Positions 50,090 through 64,000 of a stretch of 64,000 nucleotides of DNA are shown here, piece by piece. A model generated the notes under the pieces. It saw only the letters and a program-made list of their open reading frames with translations, did no database searches and was not told where the DNA came from. Both the position numbers and the translations under genes were made by a program. Positions within the stretch are counted from its first letter, which is position 1, and each line of letters begins with the position of its first letter. The stretch lies in assembly GCA_951406725.2 (NCBI GenBank), contig OX597816.1, positions 143,034,001-143,098,000 on the forward strand. Reading direction: 5' to 3'. This DNA is from Octopus vulgaris (lineage: Eukaryota).

Positions 50090-50109
50090 GTATACTTTAT
50101 ATATATATA

Positions 50110-50207
<98 letters not shown>

Positions 50208-50370
50208 TGATAGTGTGGTACAATGTTTTCATCTTGACGAAATGGTTTGAGGTTCAGTCCCATCATGTGCACCTTGAGCAACAATCTTCTACTTTAGCCC
50301 TGAACCAATCAAAGCCTTGTGAGTGGATTTGATAGATGGAAACTAAAAGAAGCCCACCATATCTGTGTGT
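50090..50370 (+). mobile_element. Long (TA)n run followed by a SINE family A head
   Basis: ~100-bp (TA)n; GGTTCAGTCCCA..CACCTTGAGCAA..AAAGCCTTGTGAGTGGATTTG. Confidence 0.8.
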
Positions 50371-50394
50371 GTGTGTGCATGCATGCATGTGTCC

Positions 50395-50670
50395 AGTGGA
50401 ACCTCAGATTAGGAATTTAATTCATTCCTGAAAGCTGTTCATCACCCAACATGTTCCTTAATCAAAACTATTTTTCCCTCATAAAATTGAAGAGAAGGCA
50501 CAGCTAATTCAAGCAGGGATGTACACTGAACAAAAGCTAGACAGCAACTGATGTTCTCCCACAGATATTCTCAGCTTCTCAGCAACAGTTGTTGCCAGCT
50601 TGCATGTACATTGTGCATCACCTGAAATGTTTTATATTCAAATTGTTCATAAGCTGACTTGTTCATGAGG
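50395..50670. mobile_element. Tigger/pogo-like MITE remnant
   Basis: Starts CAGTGGAACCTCAGATTAGGAATTTAATTCATTCC, a CpG-decayed pogo-type terminus. Confidence 0.45.
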
Positions 50671-50859
50671 AGAACAGGGTTAGCAAAAACACTCAAGGGA
50701 AAAATAGTCACAGATTCAAATAGCAGAGATATCTATCACAAAATAGACTTTGATGCTTTCATAAATGTCCATTTAGCTTAATAAAGAATATAGAATTTAA
50801 AAATAGAAAAAATAATTTCATACACATGTTAATATTGGACTTTAAAACACTATGATTTA

Positions 50860-51400
50860 CCAAAACACTCTGCTTATTCATAGGCAAACAAGGAACTTAT
50901 AGAAGATGAGCAAAGGTATAACAACCTATTGCACAACTTCATTACAAATTCTTACAAAAAAGATGGAGCTCAAAGCAACATATACAATGAAATCAATGCT
51001 GAAGCACACAATTGATAAATACAAAATATGAAAGAGCAGATAATTTCAATGCCCTCAAAGGTACCTGTTGGGAGCTTTGATGGTATATTATCAAAGATGT
51101 AGCTATAAGCATAAGCAAATAGAAAAGCATATTACTCTCTGATGAATTCACTTTCAATGAAACCATCACATACTAGAACAGGGTACTAACATATAGCCAA
51201 AATCAAGAAAGAAGTGCTCACCAACAACTATTACTCTAAAATACTAAGGACAAATATTACATACTTCCTGTTCAAAAGTGATATAAGAATCTGTACACGA
51301 GACATTTCCCAAAGGGCCACAAATTCCACTAGCTGTTAAACATACAAGATACAGCTGCATGAAAATATATCAAGCATCATTTAGAGTCACACGTCAAAAA
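50860..51400 (+). mobile_element. Decayed, internally deleted Penelope-like element
   Basis: ..KQGTY/MSK..YNNLLHNFITNSYKK..IYNEINAEA (cf. ADKT.N.Y..Y.KLL..NITKTYKK) and ..RHFPKGHKFH*LLN (cf. KHFPK.HKLHKIFN). Confidence 0.6.
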
Positions 51401-51414
51401 TAATGTCAATACAC

Positions 51415-51895
51415 ATGGCTGTGTGGTTAAGAAGGTTGCTATACAACCACATGGTTTCAGGTTTAGTCCCACTGTGCAACACCTTGAAATTGAATGGAAG
51501 CCCATCATATATATACATATGCATGTATGTGTGTATATGCATGTATTAATGTCCACTTTTCCATGCTTGCATATATCAAAGAGAGTTTACTGAGGCAAAT
51601 TTTGTGCAGCTAAATGCCTTCCCTGTTGCTAAACCTTACCTGTTTCCAAGCAAAATAATACTTTCCCTTGGCCAGGCATATTTTTACAGAATATTGGAAA
51701 TGGATGACATTCGTTTATAACAATCAATTAATGTCAAGACTAGGACACACACACATACACAAAGGGGTTCTTACAGTTTCTCCCCACTAAATCTACTTAC
51801 AAGGATTAATTCAGCCTTTGGCTGTAATAAAAGACATTTACCCAAGGAACCTGAAACTATGTGGTTGGGAAGCAAACTTCTTAACTACAAAGTTC
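51415..51895. mobile_element. SINE A head (+) abutting an inverted SINE A-variant (-)
   Basis: TGGCTGTGTGGTTAAG..GGTTTAGTCCC at 51416; TTAATGTCCACTTTTCCATGCTTGCAT tail (-) at ~51546. Confidence 0.7.
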
Positions 51896-52312
51896 TGCAT
51901 ATATTTACATTTATATTTATATGCACAAGCAGATATATTGCAGTATAATACAAAAAATTTTCTTGTGTTATCTTTCAATTCTATGGGAATAAAAAGCATT
52001 TGTTCATACAAACATATGCAGTATTTCATAAAGCTGTTTTAGTTATTATTCAATGTATATGAAATAGTTTTTAATATTCAAACATATCTAGGGACAGAGA
52101 AAGATGCCGAAGACAAATTTAACTGGTAAATTAGAGGCTTTGCTCTTATTTGTTATCTCAAACTTTTAGGTCAAATTCCCACTTTTTGTTTGTCTGAGGA
52201 TCAATAAAAGTGACCACAAAATTCTATATTTTATTCAAACAACTTTACCTCTCATCTTTAAAAAAATTGATCTTCTGCTAAGTCAAAAGCAATAATCAAT
52301 ATTCAAACATAC

Positions 52313-52514
52313 CTTTACCTTTCTTTTTACGCTTTACTTCACTATTCAACATCCAGGTTAGAAAGCAATTCTCATCTTTTTCATAACTATCACTTTTTTT
52401 TATGTCAGTATCAGTATCAAAGTCTTCATTTGAGCAACAATAATAGTTTGTGTTGTTGTTAGAGTGTTGGACAGGATACTTTATTTTCCAAATTTGGTTC
52501 AGAGGATTTCTCAT
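52313..52514 (-). other. Candidate coding exon (ATG to AAG|GTATGT donor), no recognised homology
   Basis: Open frame MRNPLNQIWKIKYPVQHSNNNTNYYCCSNEDFDTDTDIKKSDSYEKDENCFLTWMLNSEVKRKKKGK in non-repeat DNA, ending at a consensus-like donor. Confidence 0.22.
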
Positions 52515-54937
52515 TATAGAGTTCAAGTCAAAGCATATTTATCTTAGCCCTTCATCATCAGTTCAATGCTGATTAATTAAGACCCTTTAATATAAAGGAA
52601 AAGTGTCATGAAAACTAAGTGGATAAAAGGATGTCCTGTTGACAGAAGAATCAAGGGTATATATTCTGTTACTAACATGGTGATGGGCCCTGTGTAAGAC
52701 AGACAACACTTCTACCTTCATTTACCTGACAATTAATTTATTGGTAAATTAAGAGTGAAAAAGAGACAGACAAAGAGTTCATTCATTTATATGTCCACTC
52801 AGGAGTGGATAGAATTGAAGCTGGTTACAGATACAACATCTTTTTCCAGAGTTTGTATTGCTAACTTTCTTTGAAAGAGAGTTATTAGCTGTCTAATTCT
52901 AAATGATTTGTTTATGCTTCCAGCATTCTCACTGTTTGAATTATTTTGAAATCATCATCAAAAACACTTTAGCTACATAAATGCTAATTTCCCATTCAAC
53001 AAGAACATCTTATTGAAAGAAAAATCAATCAGTCATTCAATATTCCATTTATCTCATGCAAATAGAATAATAACTAGAGCCAATTGCTTCACTATTCATA
53101 ATTAGGAGGCTGTTATTATGAATGATTAGTCCTTTTGTCTTCCAGAGAAGAAATGGAAATTGTTTTCGTTCCTGTCTTTCCTAAGGCAGGGAGCAACCTA
53201 TTCATAGTGAAATTGCTCCATTAAACTAGGTATTATACTTAGCTTGTCATTTTCTACTCAGTAATGCTCAACATTTATTGAAATACAAAGAGAAAAATAA
53301 GCTAATTTCTAGGTTATAAAAAACATAAATAGTTATTAAGACTTGATTTTTTTAATACACTTTCTCTTAAGAGATCATCCACACATTTACTTTGATCATT
53401 ATTTATTTGCAATCCCAACATAAAAGAAGAAATGGAAGATATTACTGCTACAGAAGTTCCTTTGGGATTGACAACTTGTTTTTTAACTTGTATGTTTATA
53501 CAAGCAAACAGTATTATTTCATATGCTGCATTGTGTAATATGTAATTAACTTCAGTAACTTTTTGTCAAAGCAACACCACCTTCTGCATGTAACAGAGTT
53601 TTATTAAGTGTGACTGTCTTGACTAAGAGAACATGTAACTTTGCTCTACTGAGGCTAAAATAATTCTAATGAGAATTAAAACATAATTTTTTTAAAAACT
53701 GATATACCCTCTTTAACTAGACATACTTTCCTACATTGTCAGACTCAGTATGTTTACATACACAAAATATGTTATTGAGTTATATAGATTGAAAACTTCT
53801 GCCAATGGCATCATTATTCCCACAGACATCAATATAGACATGTTCAAGATTAAAATCAGTTCAGATTTTAGACAAAATTATTTCTGAATGTTTTTATTGT
53901 CTGTGAAGTCAGAAGTGTAATGCTTATTGATAGACACATCTTTCAAAAGGTAGACCGGTTAACTATTTAGTGCTACTGAGAACACAATAAGTATTTACTG
54001 TTATATTTAGCAGCATGTATGTATACATATGGGGTTTTTACAACTTAGTCACAGGAAAAGGGTAACCTTCTCAAACTGGCTATATAGATGTGATTAACAT
54101 CAACTCGCTCATCTGTATGTCATTGTCTGTAGAAAATATGAGAGGGGGAATTCCATAAGGTTGCATTTCTAGGGAAATGAATCCTTCTGTTTTACTAACA
54201 AAGTGTTTAGTGCAAGTGGTGGAAGTTGTGATAAAATATGCTTGACAGAGGGTAGATATGTAAGACAAGTAAACCTGAGTGGCAAAGACATACAGTTAGT
54301 GAATTCAGAGGAGCAGAGGCCATTACAGAGAGGCAGAGAAAGGAAACAGCATATCAGCTAGAGGTTGTAAAGTATTGGTAAGTCAATCTTTACTGTGTTA
54401 GTCAAATTACTAACACTTTTGGATTTAGTTTGGATGTGTGCATGTTTCAGTAGAACAATTCTATAGATCTGAATAGTTCTCCTAGGTAGGGTTCTAAAGG
54501 GTCAGCCAACTGCTGAGGAATTAAATATTTACTGGCTCTGAAGAAGAGTCCTAATCTTTGTGACTTAATTACTAGTTTTGGCACTTATTTATTTTCTCCC
54601 TCACTGTGTATACATACTGCTTCCTTATAGTACTTACTTACTTTCTCCCTTACTGTGAATATATACTGATTGCTTATCTCTTGGTATCTCTCTCCTTATA
54701 TCTCATTCCCTCTATCACCACCTAATTATCTGCTATCTCCCCTTCTTTTCTTTATCTTGGTACATCTCAGGTTCAATGTACATCTCATTTTTCTCATTCA
54801 ACTTCTTTCTTATTCTCTATCAATCTCTCTCTCTCCCTACTCTTCTTTGCTTTCAACTTGTCACAGCTTCCTCTCTACCTATATCATCCACCACATATTT
54901 GTCACTTTTATTCAATGCCTGCCTTACATTCACCCCC

Positions 54938-54981
<44 letters not shown>

Positions 54982-55958
54982 ATGCACGTGTGCGTGTGTG
55001 TGTGTGGTTGGAGACAGAGATGGGGTGGAGTGGGTCGAACAGAACTGAAAGGCAACAGAAACAAGTCTTTGAGTGGACTGGTTAAGATTGAGAGATGTAG
55101 TATGTACTAGAATGATATTCCTAATTCTTCATAAAACAGTTAAAAGAATAAAGTAAGAAAAGAGAAGAAAGAAATTTTCTATTACATGACAAATTCTCCA
55201 TAAAAGGTTGTGTGTATGTGTGTGTACATATGGATGTGCATGTGTAAAGTTTTTTCACTATGCCCGACTAACTTGAATCATATGGTTTTTAGTTGGAATA
55301 TGTAGCAAATCAGATAAGTATATAATGAAGTTGGAGGTGGGGATGAAAGAAATAGAGAAATGGAAGGGAAAGAAAGGAAAAAAATATAAATCTTTGTTAG
55401 AATGATTGAAGTCTATTTACTGGGACTTTTTTCATTGGTGAAACTGTTTTAAAAAACATATGTACTTAAACTGGCATTACAAGAAGTGAGATAATTTCAT
55501 AAATTATTTCTCTAAGAATTACATAAAAGTCTGTTTATAAAAAATACTATTTCTAGTTGGGATTATTAAGACAGAAGTTTTTTTTCCCTTTTTTTTTCTT
55601 TTGTTATAATGGTGTTGTTCATTCATGATAAGAGCAATATGAAAAATACATTACATAAAGTAAGGAATATACAAACAAGTTAAGAAAAAAGTTTAAAAAA
55701 ATTAAGGAAGGAAGCAAAGAACAGAAAGCATGACACAGTTTTTGCATACACCTTTTCTGCATGTATAGTAGTATGTGTATGTTTGTGTGCACACATGAGA
55801 TTTAGTGCTGTGGATAGAAGTGCAAGCATTTTTACAGATGTAGAAAGAAGCTAAGGCCCGTTTTAAAAAAAAGTTAATTACAAGTGTAGCAATTATTTAG
55901 CTAATATAATTCTTGGTACAACCAGGTTGGGGAAGGTTGTGTGAACTAATACTGCACA

Positions 55959-55991
<33 letters not shown>

Positions 55992-57872
55992 ATATATTTG
56001 TGTGTGTGTGTGTAGATATATACAGATACACACACACACATACATGAACACATATGTGTGCATGCATGCATACATAAACATACAAATATAAGGGCCTTAA
56101 ACTGGAAGATAAGGTACAGAGTCAATGATTCCAGAAGTGTGTTGGAGAAGCAAATAGGTTTTTGGTTAACCATTTTCTCAGACTTCTCAACAGTTAAAAT
56201 ACTAATAATCACTCTCATCACTGACTTAACAGTTTTTCCATGTTTGCAAAGGTCACAGAAAACTGATTAAATAAATCTCAGCACCACCCCCAAACACACA
56301 TTCATACATACACACATATATACATACACACACACATATGCACTCTCCCTCTCTCTCTCTCTCTCTCTCTTTCACACACACACACACATGCACACTGATG
56401 TATACATATTAACATATATTAATTTAATTCTATAAACATATATAAACTCCTCTACGAATGTACAGTACACACAGTGCACATCATCTTTGTACAAAAGAAA
56501 AAAAAAAGCATGGATACATAGTACACACATGTACACCTTTATTTAAGCCAATTCAGTGGTCTCTTATTTTATTTGAGTTTCCTCTTATCAGTGCTTCTTT
56601 AGACAACTCAGACCTCTCTGGATCATTATCCAACACATGTGGGGCATGAAAGGATTCCAATCAATGCATTTCATATATATATATATATATGGAACAATCT
56701 GTGGATATCATCACACTAAAGAAAATATCATAGCCAATAATCATAGTCAAGTAAGCTGTAAAAGCAAGATATTGAGAGAGATGTGGGAGACTGAATGAAG
56801 CTAGTAGTAGTTTCTTTCAGTTCACAAATATTAAAAACATAAAGAAATATTAAAAGAAAAGAAAAAAAAAGGTGTCTGAAGTTGTGTTATGTATGGAAGT
56901 GGAATGGTAGAGCTGGTTAGAAAGCTACAATAAATATTGACAGATGTTAGGGGAGAAACACAGATTTTGGGTTATGATGCTGAGACTGATAAAAAATGAC
57001 AATAAAAAATAATATTATATAAAAGTGAAAAAGACAAAAAAACAAAGAGAAATATAAAGAAAACTAAAAAAATAATCCTGAAGCTGGTAAAGAAGATTAC
57101 TTTACACTGAAGCAGCTCCCCTGGAGTTATTTAAATATGGGTTTGTGTATATGCATATTTATGTATTCACACATACACATCCACATACATATGTGTGTAT
57201 GTGTGTGTTTACAGATAAGAAGTTTGACAGTTCTTGTATCAAGGTTTTATGATTTCAGTTTATAACTTTGGTTGTTTGTTTTAATATTTTCGATTTTTTC
57301 TTTTTATCAATGACAAGAACATTTTTGAAGACAAATAAAGCCAAAGTTAAGAAGACTAGATAAATATAAGAGATATCACTGGCAAAGGAGATAGATAATT
57401 ACATGAAATGAGTAAAGCTTTGCTTGTACCTAAAAATAATATAAAATCTTGACTTAAAGAAGGATATTTGCTATTGTAAAAGATTTTCAAATGATCCACA
57501 TTGCTTTTCTTTTACAACATCCCTACATAGAAAAAACATGAAAAAGATTGTCATTGCAAATAATAGAGGCAAGTTACAAAACAAAAACAAATAAAAAGAA
57601 AAACTATTATCCAGAAATACAGGGAACTTAATTTTCTATGAAATTGGATAATATTCAGAGAAGAAATTAATACCTGTTACCTTCATGATTTCTTAATTAG
57701 AAGGAAGACCTTACAATAATAGTAAGATTGGGTGGGCATATATTGGGTTCACTATGAATTCTAATAAATGAAAGCATCAGGGAATTGAAACTATAGACAC
57801 AAAAAATTCTGAAAATCAAACTGAATCAATATTAGTTTAGTAATTTAGTAGAATACAACTTCGTTTAGAGTA

Positions 57873-57922
57873 ACCCATGCTAGCATGGAAAGCGGACGTT
57901 AAACGATGATGATGATGATGAT
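57873..57922 (+). mobile_element. Extremely 5'-truncated RTE tail insertion
   Basis: ACCCATGCTAGCATGGAAAGCGGACGTTAAACGATGATG flanked by GAGTA at 57868 and 57923. Confidence 0.85.
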
Positions 57923-58054
57923 GAGTACTTTTATCTGTTGGCTACGTTATTATCTTTTTAATTGTTTACTAGAAAATTTCATAGTTTTATCCAGGACCTA
58001 TGTCAGCCTTGATTAGACAAAAATATGTTCTAGTTGTGACTATCCTGTTTTCCT

Positions 58055-58337
58055 CAGAAGAAATGTATTTGGGCCACATTGACCTTACTTATGGACACTA
58101 TCAATAGTAACAAGAGAGTTGTGAAGCTATCTAAATCATGAAGGTGAGATATAGGGAGGTATGAAGAAAAAATATATTCTAAATAATTACCTATAGAGAA
58201 TGACATGAAGGACCAGATGGGAAGGACCCTGGTAGGGTGTATGCCTGCAGCATGAGACTGCAGTGTATGGAAATGAGTGGTAATTGCATTTGAGGCACCC
58301 AACCCTCAGCCATGAAGATGGGCATATTCATTCATTC
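58055..58337 (+). mobile_element. RTE-like LINE 3' end with (ATTC)n tail
   Basis: ..MYLGHI..; ends GGCACCCAACCCTCAGCCATGAAGATGGGCATATTCATTCATTC. Confidence 0.5.
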
Positions 58338-58999
58338 AGTGTTGTTTAATCCGAGGTCAACTTTAGTGGAAAATGTGTAATTACTAAAGGCATTACAACC
58401 ATGACCCTTTTGTTTTCTTGTTAGACAATATATCTGGAACTACATTATCCAATGTCTCTTGTTAGTTTTCTTTTTTTTGTCTTTTTAAAGATTGTGACTT
58501 CAGTAAAATTTGCTTGCTAATTTCTAGCAAGTTGAGTAACTTCTTAAAAGCTTTCTCATTGGTTGGTATATTCATTTATTATTCTTTTGGTGTGGCCAAA
58601 AGCATATATAACTGGATGAATTAGTAATTCTCATTCTCCTGCATCCACAGTTCAAATCCCTCCAGTGTTAACTTTACATTCATCACTGTAGTCTACTAGT
58701 AATATGCTAGATTGATTGATTTAGCTATTTATACTCACCCCTTACACATTTTGTGGCTTTTAGCAATTTAAGAAAAACACTACTATATACTAATACATAT
58801 CTATTAAGATATGTAGACAGTTGAAATGACTATGAGAATAAAACATCAACCTTAATGTTTCTAGTTGGTAACTGCCATGAAGTATATCATACTTTAATCA
58901 GCTTACGAATCTGTGAGGAAAATCCTTTGTTCCAGGAGTGAAATTTACTACCAGAAATTCTTCCTTTCCATTCTTGCTCTGATTACTATGTTTCCAGAA

Positions 59000-60300
59000 C
59001 AACCACCTCCACTGCTAATGAGGTCACCTAGGTAATAACTGTTATCAACTGCTTCTAGTGAGCCTTCCAAGTATTGCAGAAATTTATTTCACATATATTC
59101 TTACTGCTAACTTGTGAGCATTTGACAGAATCTATCTTATATGTTCTCTTAGTGCACCTGCTATATATGAAGACTATCTTCTCTATCTATAAATCCCATT
59201 ATTCTGCTTGTATATCCAGAGTTGCTGGGTCACTGCATGGAATTTCCACCCACTCTATTTCTGCATATCAAAGCATGGGTCTTGGTGGCAACAGAGTCCT
59301 GTCTCCTTTCCTACTTACTCTATGTCATTTACTTTAAGGTTTCTCAATTTTAGGTCCTACTTCCATATCTGGAATCTCTTCTGTAAATTTGCAATTGATT
59401 CTATTATAAGAACTAGGCCATTAGCAGTCTTAACCCTTTAGCATTTATACTGGCCATATCCAGCCTAAATATTCTACCTGTTTTCTGGCAAAACAGTCCA
59501 GATCCAACCTTTCACATTTATCTTACAATGTCATTCTAAAAATAAACAATTACATCATTGAAATTTCAAAGCTACAAGATAATACATGATCAATTCAAGA
59601 CAATATTAACAAATAAGTATCACATTTGACAGAGCAATCTGAATGTTAATGAGTTAAACATCTCTGCAATGGCTTAGAGGACTACAGTAAATAGGAGGAG
59701 CTTGAGAATTGAGCCTTGATGGACTCCTACCAGCATGCTGAATTTTACACTGAAATTATTGCTAATTCTCATTTTGCTAACTATATTTCCATACTGGGCT
59801 TAGCAATTTGATACTCCTGTTGTTGTTTGTTTCTAGAGCATCAGCTCTGCCTTTCTAGAGCGTCAGCTAAGTTGATGAGGATACTGCTCCACCAGTCACT
59901 GAACAAGACATCTTTCTATACCACCTGAGTGACTGTGAATATCTAGCATGTAACCTAGTTCACTAGATATCTTAAACATTTCATTGGTTAACCATCTTGG
60001 TCCAGCTGCTTTCTCTGCCTTCAAATTATTAATCACATTTAAACCATACAGCTGTCAACTTCAATGGCTAATCCCTCTGTTAGGTTTATGTGGGTTAGAC
60101 CCTCTCCTTCCTATGCATTCTCCTTATTCAATAACCTCTCATAACAGCATTTCTATACATTTCGGTTTTTGATGTCAGTGAGGGCAAGTGAGCCACTATC
60201 ATTCTGTACACACTTTTCCTCAACATCTCATTTTCTTCTTGTGTACTGTCTTGAAATCCAGAAAACCTCATGCCTCTGACTCTCATGTCACAGAACATAT
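59000..60300 (-). mobile_element. Decayed RTE LINE ORF2 (RT region)
   Basis: VGVHQGSILKLLLFTVVL*AIAEMFKT / ANGLVLIIESIANLQKRFQIWK..LKVN / KAEKAAGPR. Confidence 0.8.
59434..59653. mobile_element. piggyBac-type MITE nested in the RTE
   Basis: TTAA at 59430-59433 and 59654-59657; TIRs CCCTTTAGCATT / AATGTTAATGAG. Confidence 0.8.
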
Positions 60301-60389
60301 GCAAACCTATTACTTTTGGCTTCTCCTCTTGCTAAGTATATCAGACGTCTAGATGTAAGAGAATGACGAAGAGTATAGTCACAGTAGTG

Positions 60390-60680
60390 TAAATGACTAA
60401 CAGTAATGGTAGTGATGAGAGTGGTTTTGGTAATGGTGATGTAAAAGAGGATAACAGTAATGGTGTTGACAATGATATAAGTATTAGTGGAATAGGTAAT
60501 GGTAATGTGATAAATATAATGATAGTGGTAACAGTTGTATAGATAACTAGATATACATGTCTTTAAGAGTAGTGTTGACAATGGTATAAATAGCGGTGAT
60601 GTAAATGACCATAACATCAGTAGTAGTAGTAGTAGTTTTAACAGTAGTTAACAATAATGATAGTAATGATGATGATGTTT
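60390..60680. repeat. Cryptic trinucleotide (GTA/GTG/ATG) low-complexity tract
   Basis: Period-3 RRT-type repeats. Confidence 0.8.
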
Positions 60681-61613
60681 GCATTGTACATATCAAAATG
60701 TACCACAGTATTCTGACTTGGTAATACAATTTGAAAACAAAGAACATTTTGTTTTCTGAAAAACTTTTTCTTGTCATTGAAAGCCATCAGTCTGACTGAT
60801 ACTATTTATTGGACAATCTATAACATCCCATATGAATTGTCTTCAAGGTTTCTTTTTCATATTGTAAAGACTGTGTGTTGTTGATGCTATTTAATAATAA
60901 AACACTAATATTTGATGGAAGAGAGAAAGCATTTTCTGTCAGTTGATAAGATCGGTATTTTACATTTTAAACCACTGTGTCCCACCCCACCCCCACATAC
61001 AGAAACTTTTCCTCACTCTCTTTTCTCACTTTAATATCTCAGTCAACTGTCAAACATTATACACCTTAACAATATGTCACAAAAACTTTTAATGTAATTC
61101 AACCATATGAATTTATGCAGCTGAAGAAGAAATGAATAGGAAAAAACTTTTGCGAGAATATTTGTATGTAAAGTACAATATTTTGTCTAAAATCTCTGTT
61201 GTGGATATTTGAATTTTCAATACACATGAATCAGAATTGACTGCAATTCCCAATTGCAATAATTTCACCTTTTTTACACCACAAAATGCTCCTATTGTGA
61301 AGCTTATTTTTGTATACAGAGACAAGTTAAGCAAGTATTTAATATAGCACCCTACATCATAATCCATAAATTTCTGAATGGAGTTTTTATGATTACCATT
61401 GTCAGCAACTGTGACAACACTATAAACTGGGTATATGTTTATCTTGATGTCAACAGTTAAAAATGTACTGACATCACACCTATTTGTTAGTTACTTTGAA
61501 ATGAGCTGAAAAATAATTTATTTAATCTTAGTCTCTATCCATAACAGAAGATGGGAAACCATTTCAATATGCACTCTCCCTAAGAACAACCCCCAGAAAC
61601 AGATAGTCCTCCA

Positions 61614-61614
<1 letters not shown>

Positions 61615-61682
<68 letters not shown>

Positions 61683-61790
61683 ATGTGTGTACATGCGTGT
61701 GTGTATTTATGTGTGTGTGTGCATGCATCTATATGCATATATATTATGTACATGCACATGTATACACTCACACACATGCATGTGTTAGTG
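61615..61790. repeat. (GT)n microsatellite
   Basis: Directly visible. Confidence 0.95.
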
Positions 61791-62719
61791 CACAATTTCA
61801 CTGCTTATTATATTATTTAATTCTTTTTCATATTCAGCTTCAGTTTGTAGGAAAGGTATTGTAGGAAAGGTCAAATAGGAATCTTGAGGGAATGAATTAT
61901 TTTAAGCAATAAAATTTTAAACTTTTTGAATAGATTTGCACACTAAAAACTAAAGATAAAGCTAACATTCTAATCTCACATTGAAACTACATTTTTTTAA
62001 ATGAAAGATTATTAAACAAAGTAAAAATTATTTTTATTAATCAAAATTTCTCTATCTTCACAATTTATTTTAATATATGCAGGACAAGCAATAGGATATA
62101 TCATAAACAAAATTAATTATGGGAAAAAAAATCCAGAAGAAATATATTCATACACAGAATTACAAAGCCACTCTATTTAAGTGATAGTAGCATGAAATAT
62201 GTTCCAATACCACATATAAAAAGAAAATGTTTGCTTCTGTTTTCAATCATTAATTATATATTGGTCAAATATTTCTTCTGAATATGTAATAAAATAGGAC
62301 AAGATGTATACTAAATGCTACTAGTTTTTTTTTTTTTTTTTTATGGAGTGGGTAGGAATCCAGAATAATTTTCTGCTACATACATACAGTTAGGAGGTTT
62401 TGTACATGTAATAAATAATTTACAGATAGGACCTTACCAGATGAAATCTTGATCCTGTTTCAGCTTATGGTTGAAATGGCTTAAGAAAAGATATCATCAC
62501 AATTTATAATTTTCTTGCCCCCAAAATTTTGATCTTCCTGTTCAGCTAAGAAACAGGAATATTTTAATATTATATATATTTCAGTTTCAGCTTTGCTCTT
62601 GCTGAAATTTCTCCATTCCTACCATAAGCACTACCATTATAAAGTCAACACATTTTCATTTCTGATATAACATAAATAAATTCTTGATCTATTTGTCTTT
62701 ATTATTACTTATTTTTATT

Positions 62720-63150
62720 ATTGGCAGAATCACTAACGTGCTAAACAAAATGTTTAGCAGCATTTCTCATGGTTTTATGTTTGGAATTCAGATTCCACTA
62801 AGATTGATTTTGCCTTTCATCCTTTCAGGCTCAATAAAATAACTGCAAACCAAGCCCTGGGATTAATGTAATTGAGTAAACCCCTCTCCCCAAATTTCGG
62901 GCCTTGTGCATGTCGTAGAAAGAATTATTACATATTTTTTGTACTTTTAATAAACTGGAACTTCGTTTCAGACTTTCTTGATCAACTGCTATATACATGG
63001 TTGCTAAATATCAATTTCTAACATTGGCACAAAGCCACAAATTTTGAGGGATGGTATAGTTTGATTAAACTGACCTCAGTAGTCAACTGATACTTTCCTT
63101 TATCAATTGGAAAAGAATGTCAGGCATAGTTAAACTCAGTAGAATTTGCT
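62720..63150. mobile_element. Inverted pair of SINE family B copies (+ 62720-62930, - 63015-63150)
   Basis: TTGCCTTTCATCCTTTC..CCCCAAATTTCGGGCCTTGTGC on +; GGCACAAAGCCACAAATTTTG..ACTGATACTT on -. Confidence 0.7.
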
Positions 63151-64000
63151 GAGTTAAATTCACCAGAAGAATCATAGCTAAATAAGGCTGCTAACATCTG
63201 CATAACACTATATTTTGTATCCTTTATATCATTGGCAAAGCAACAGTTATTAGCTGTTTATAGATTTACAATTCTCTCTTTCACTCTTTCTTTCTTAACT
63301 GTTTTGTCCTCCTCTGTTTGGCCCAGTTTTTGTTTTGGTGTAGCTACTTTTTCTTATACATACTTTGCCTGCCTTTCAGGCAAAGGAACACATTGTTGCC
63401 AATAGAAAGAACATTCCTCTTAAAATTACCATAATACATTAATTGTGATGGTTGTTTAATATCAAAATTGGTTTCATGAAAACAAGCTCTTTTAACCAGG
63501 TAATGTCATAGAGCTCAGCAAGTAGAAACAAATGTGACTACACTGATCAACTAAAGCTTTAAAAAAAATCTACCTACCTACACACACACACACACACACA
63601 CATATATACTATCAGGGTTCTAATCATGTCATGATATAGCAAACTTAATAGAGATGATGATACTGTGAAGATTTTGCTATTAGCACAGTAAGAAAGGTTA
63701 TATGCAAAGGACTTCCTTATCAAACAAGTCAAGAAACTCTGAAGCTAACTTTATAGGAAAAGAAAGTAAGATGCACCATATTACTGTGCAAGCAGGACAA
63801 TTACTCCTTTCCTCAAAAACCTGAACTCAATACATTATAATTAGCTACTTTATCTCCAGTATTATCTATGTCGCTTCAGTAACACTGTTTATTACTCCCA
63901 ATAAGTCTGTTAAACAGACAGTCTCCCCTTCCTACTTGTTTATATTATTAATTACTCTAGTACAACTTGCACACCTAATATTCTGCTTACTATAAGGATT

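Noticed and set aside
54060-54560. Penelope GIY-YIG/pLTR remnant (also ~22480-22690 and ~28500-28800)
   Set aside because: Resemblance too weak to call by eye
63380-63499. Plus-strand 120-nt exon candidate (TTTCAG| ... CAG|GTAATG); similar one at ~34600-34705
   Set aside because: Stops in all three frames; could only be non-coding and cannot be supported without RNA data

Overview
AT-rich eukaryotic DNA with dense microsatellites. It is almost certainly intronic or intergenic sequence from an octopus (Octopus-type cephalopod), inferred from the characteristic tRNA-derived SINE families, RTE LINEs with (ATG)n tails and mariner families. I found no intact protein-coding gene, rRNA, tRNA gene, CRISPR array or prokaryotic system. 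The supplied ORFs are microsatellite read-throughs or decayed transposon frames. The window is layered with mobile elements: two SINE families (here called A and B), RTE, CR1/L2-group and Penelope-like retroelements, three mariners, a maT element, piggyBac-type MITEs, a complete non-autonomous Helitron and a Helentron-type HINE. The most notable structure that a repeat list does not explain: (i) a ~35-bp-periodic array of palindromic RFX X-box-like motifs at 11.3-11.9 kb; (ii) degenerate minimal hammerhead ribozyme motifs; (iii) two SINEs inserted successively at one 15-bp target; (iv) a full-length mariner very similar to Hsmar1/SETMAR; (v) a duplicated, indel-free ~165-bp unique cassette; (vi) a few candidate exons, including a 39-nt symmetric microexon. 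Repeat boundaries are read by eye and approximate unless a TSD or TIR is given.
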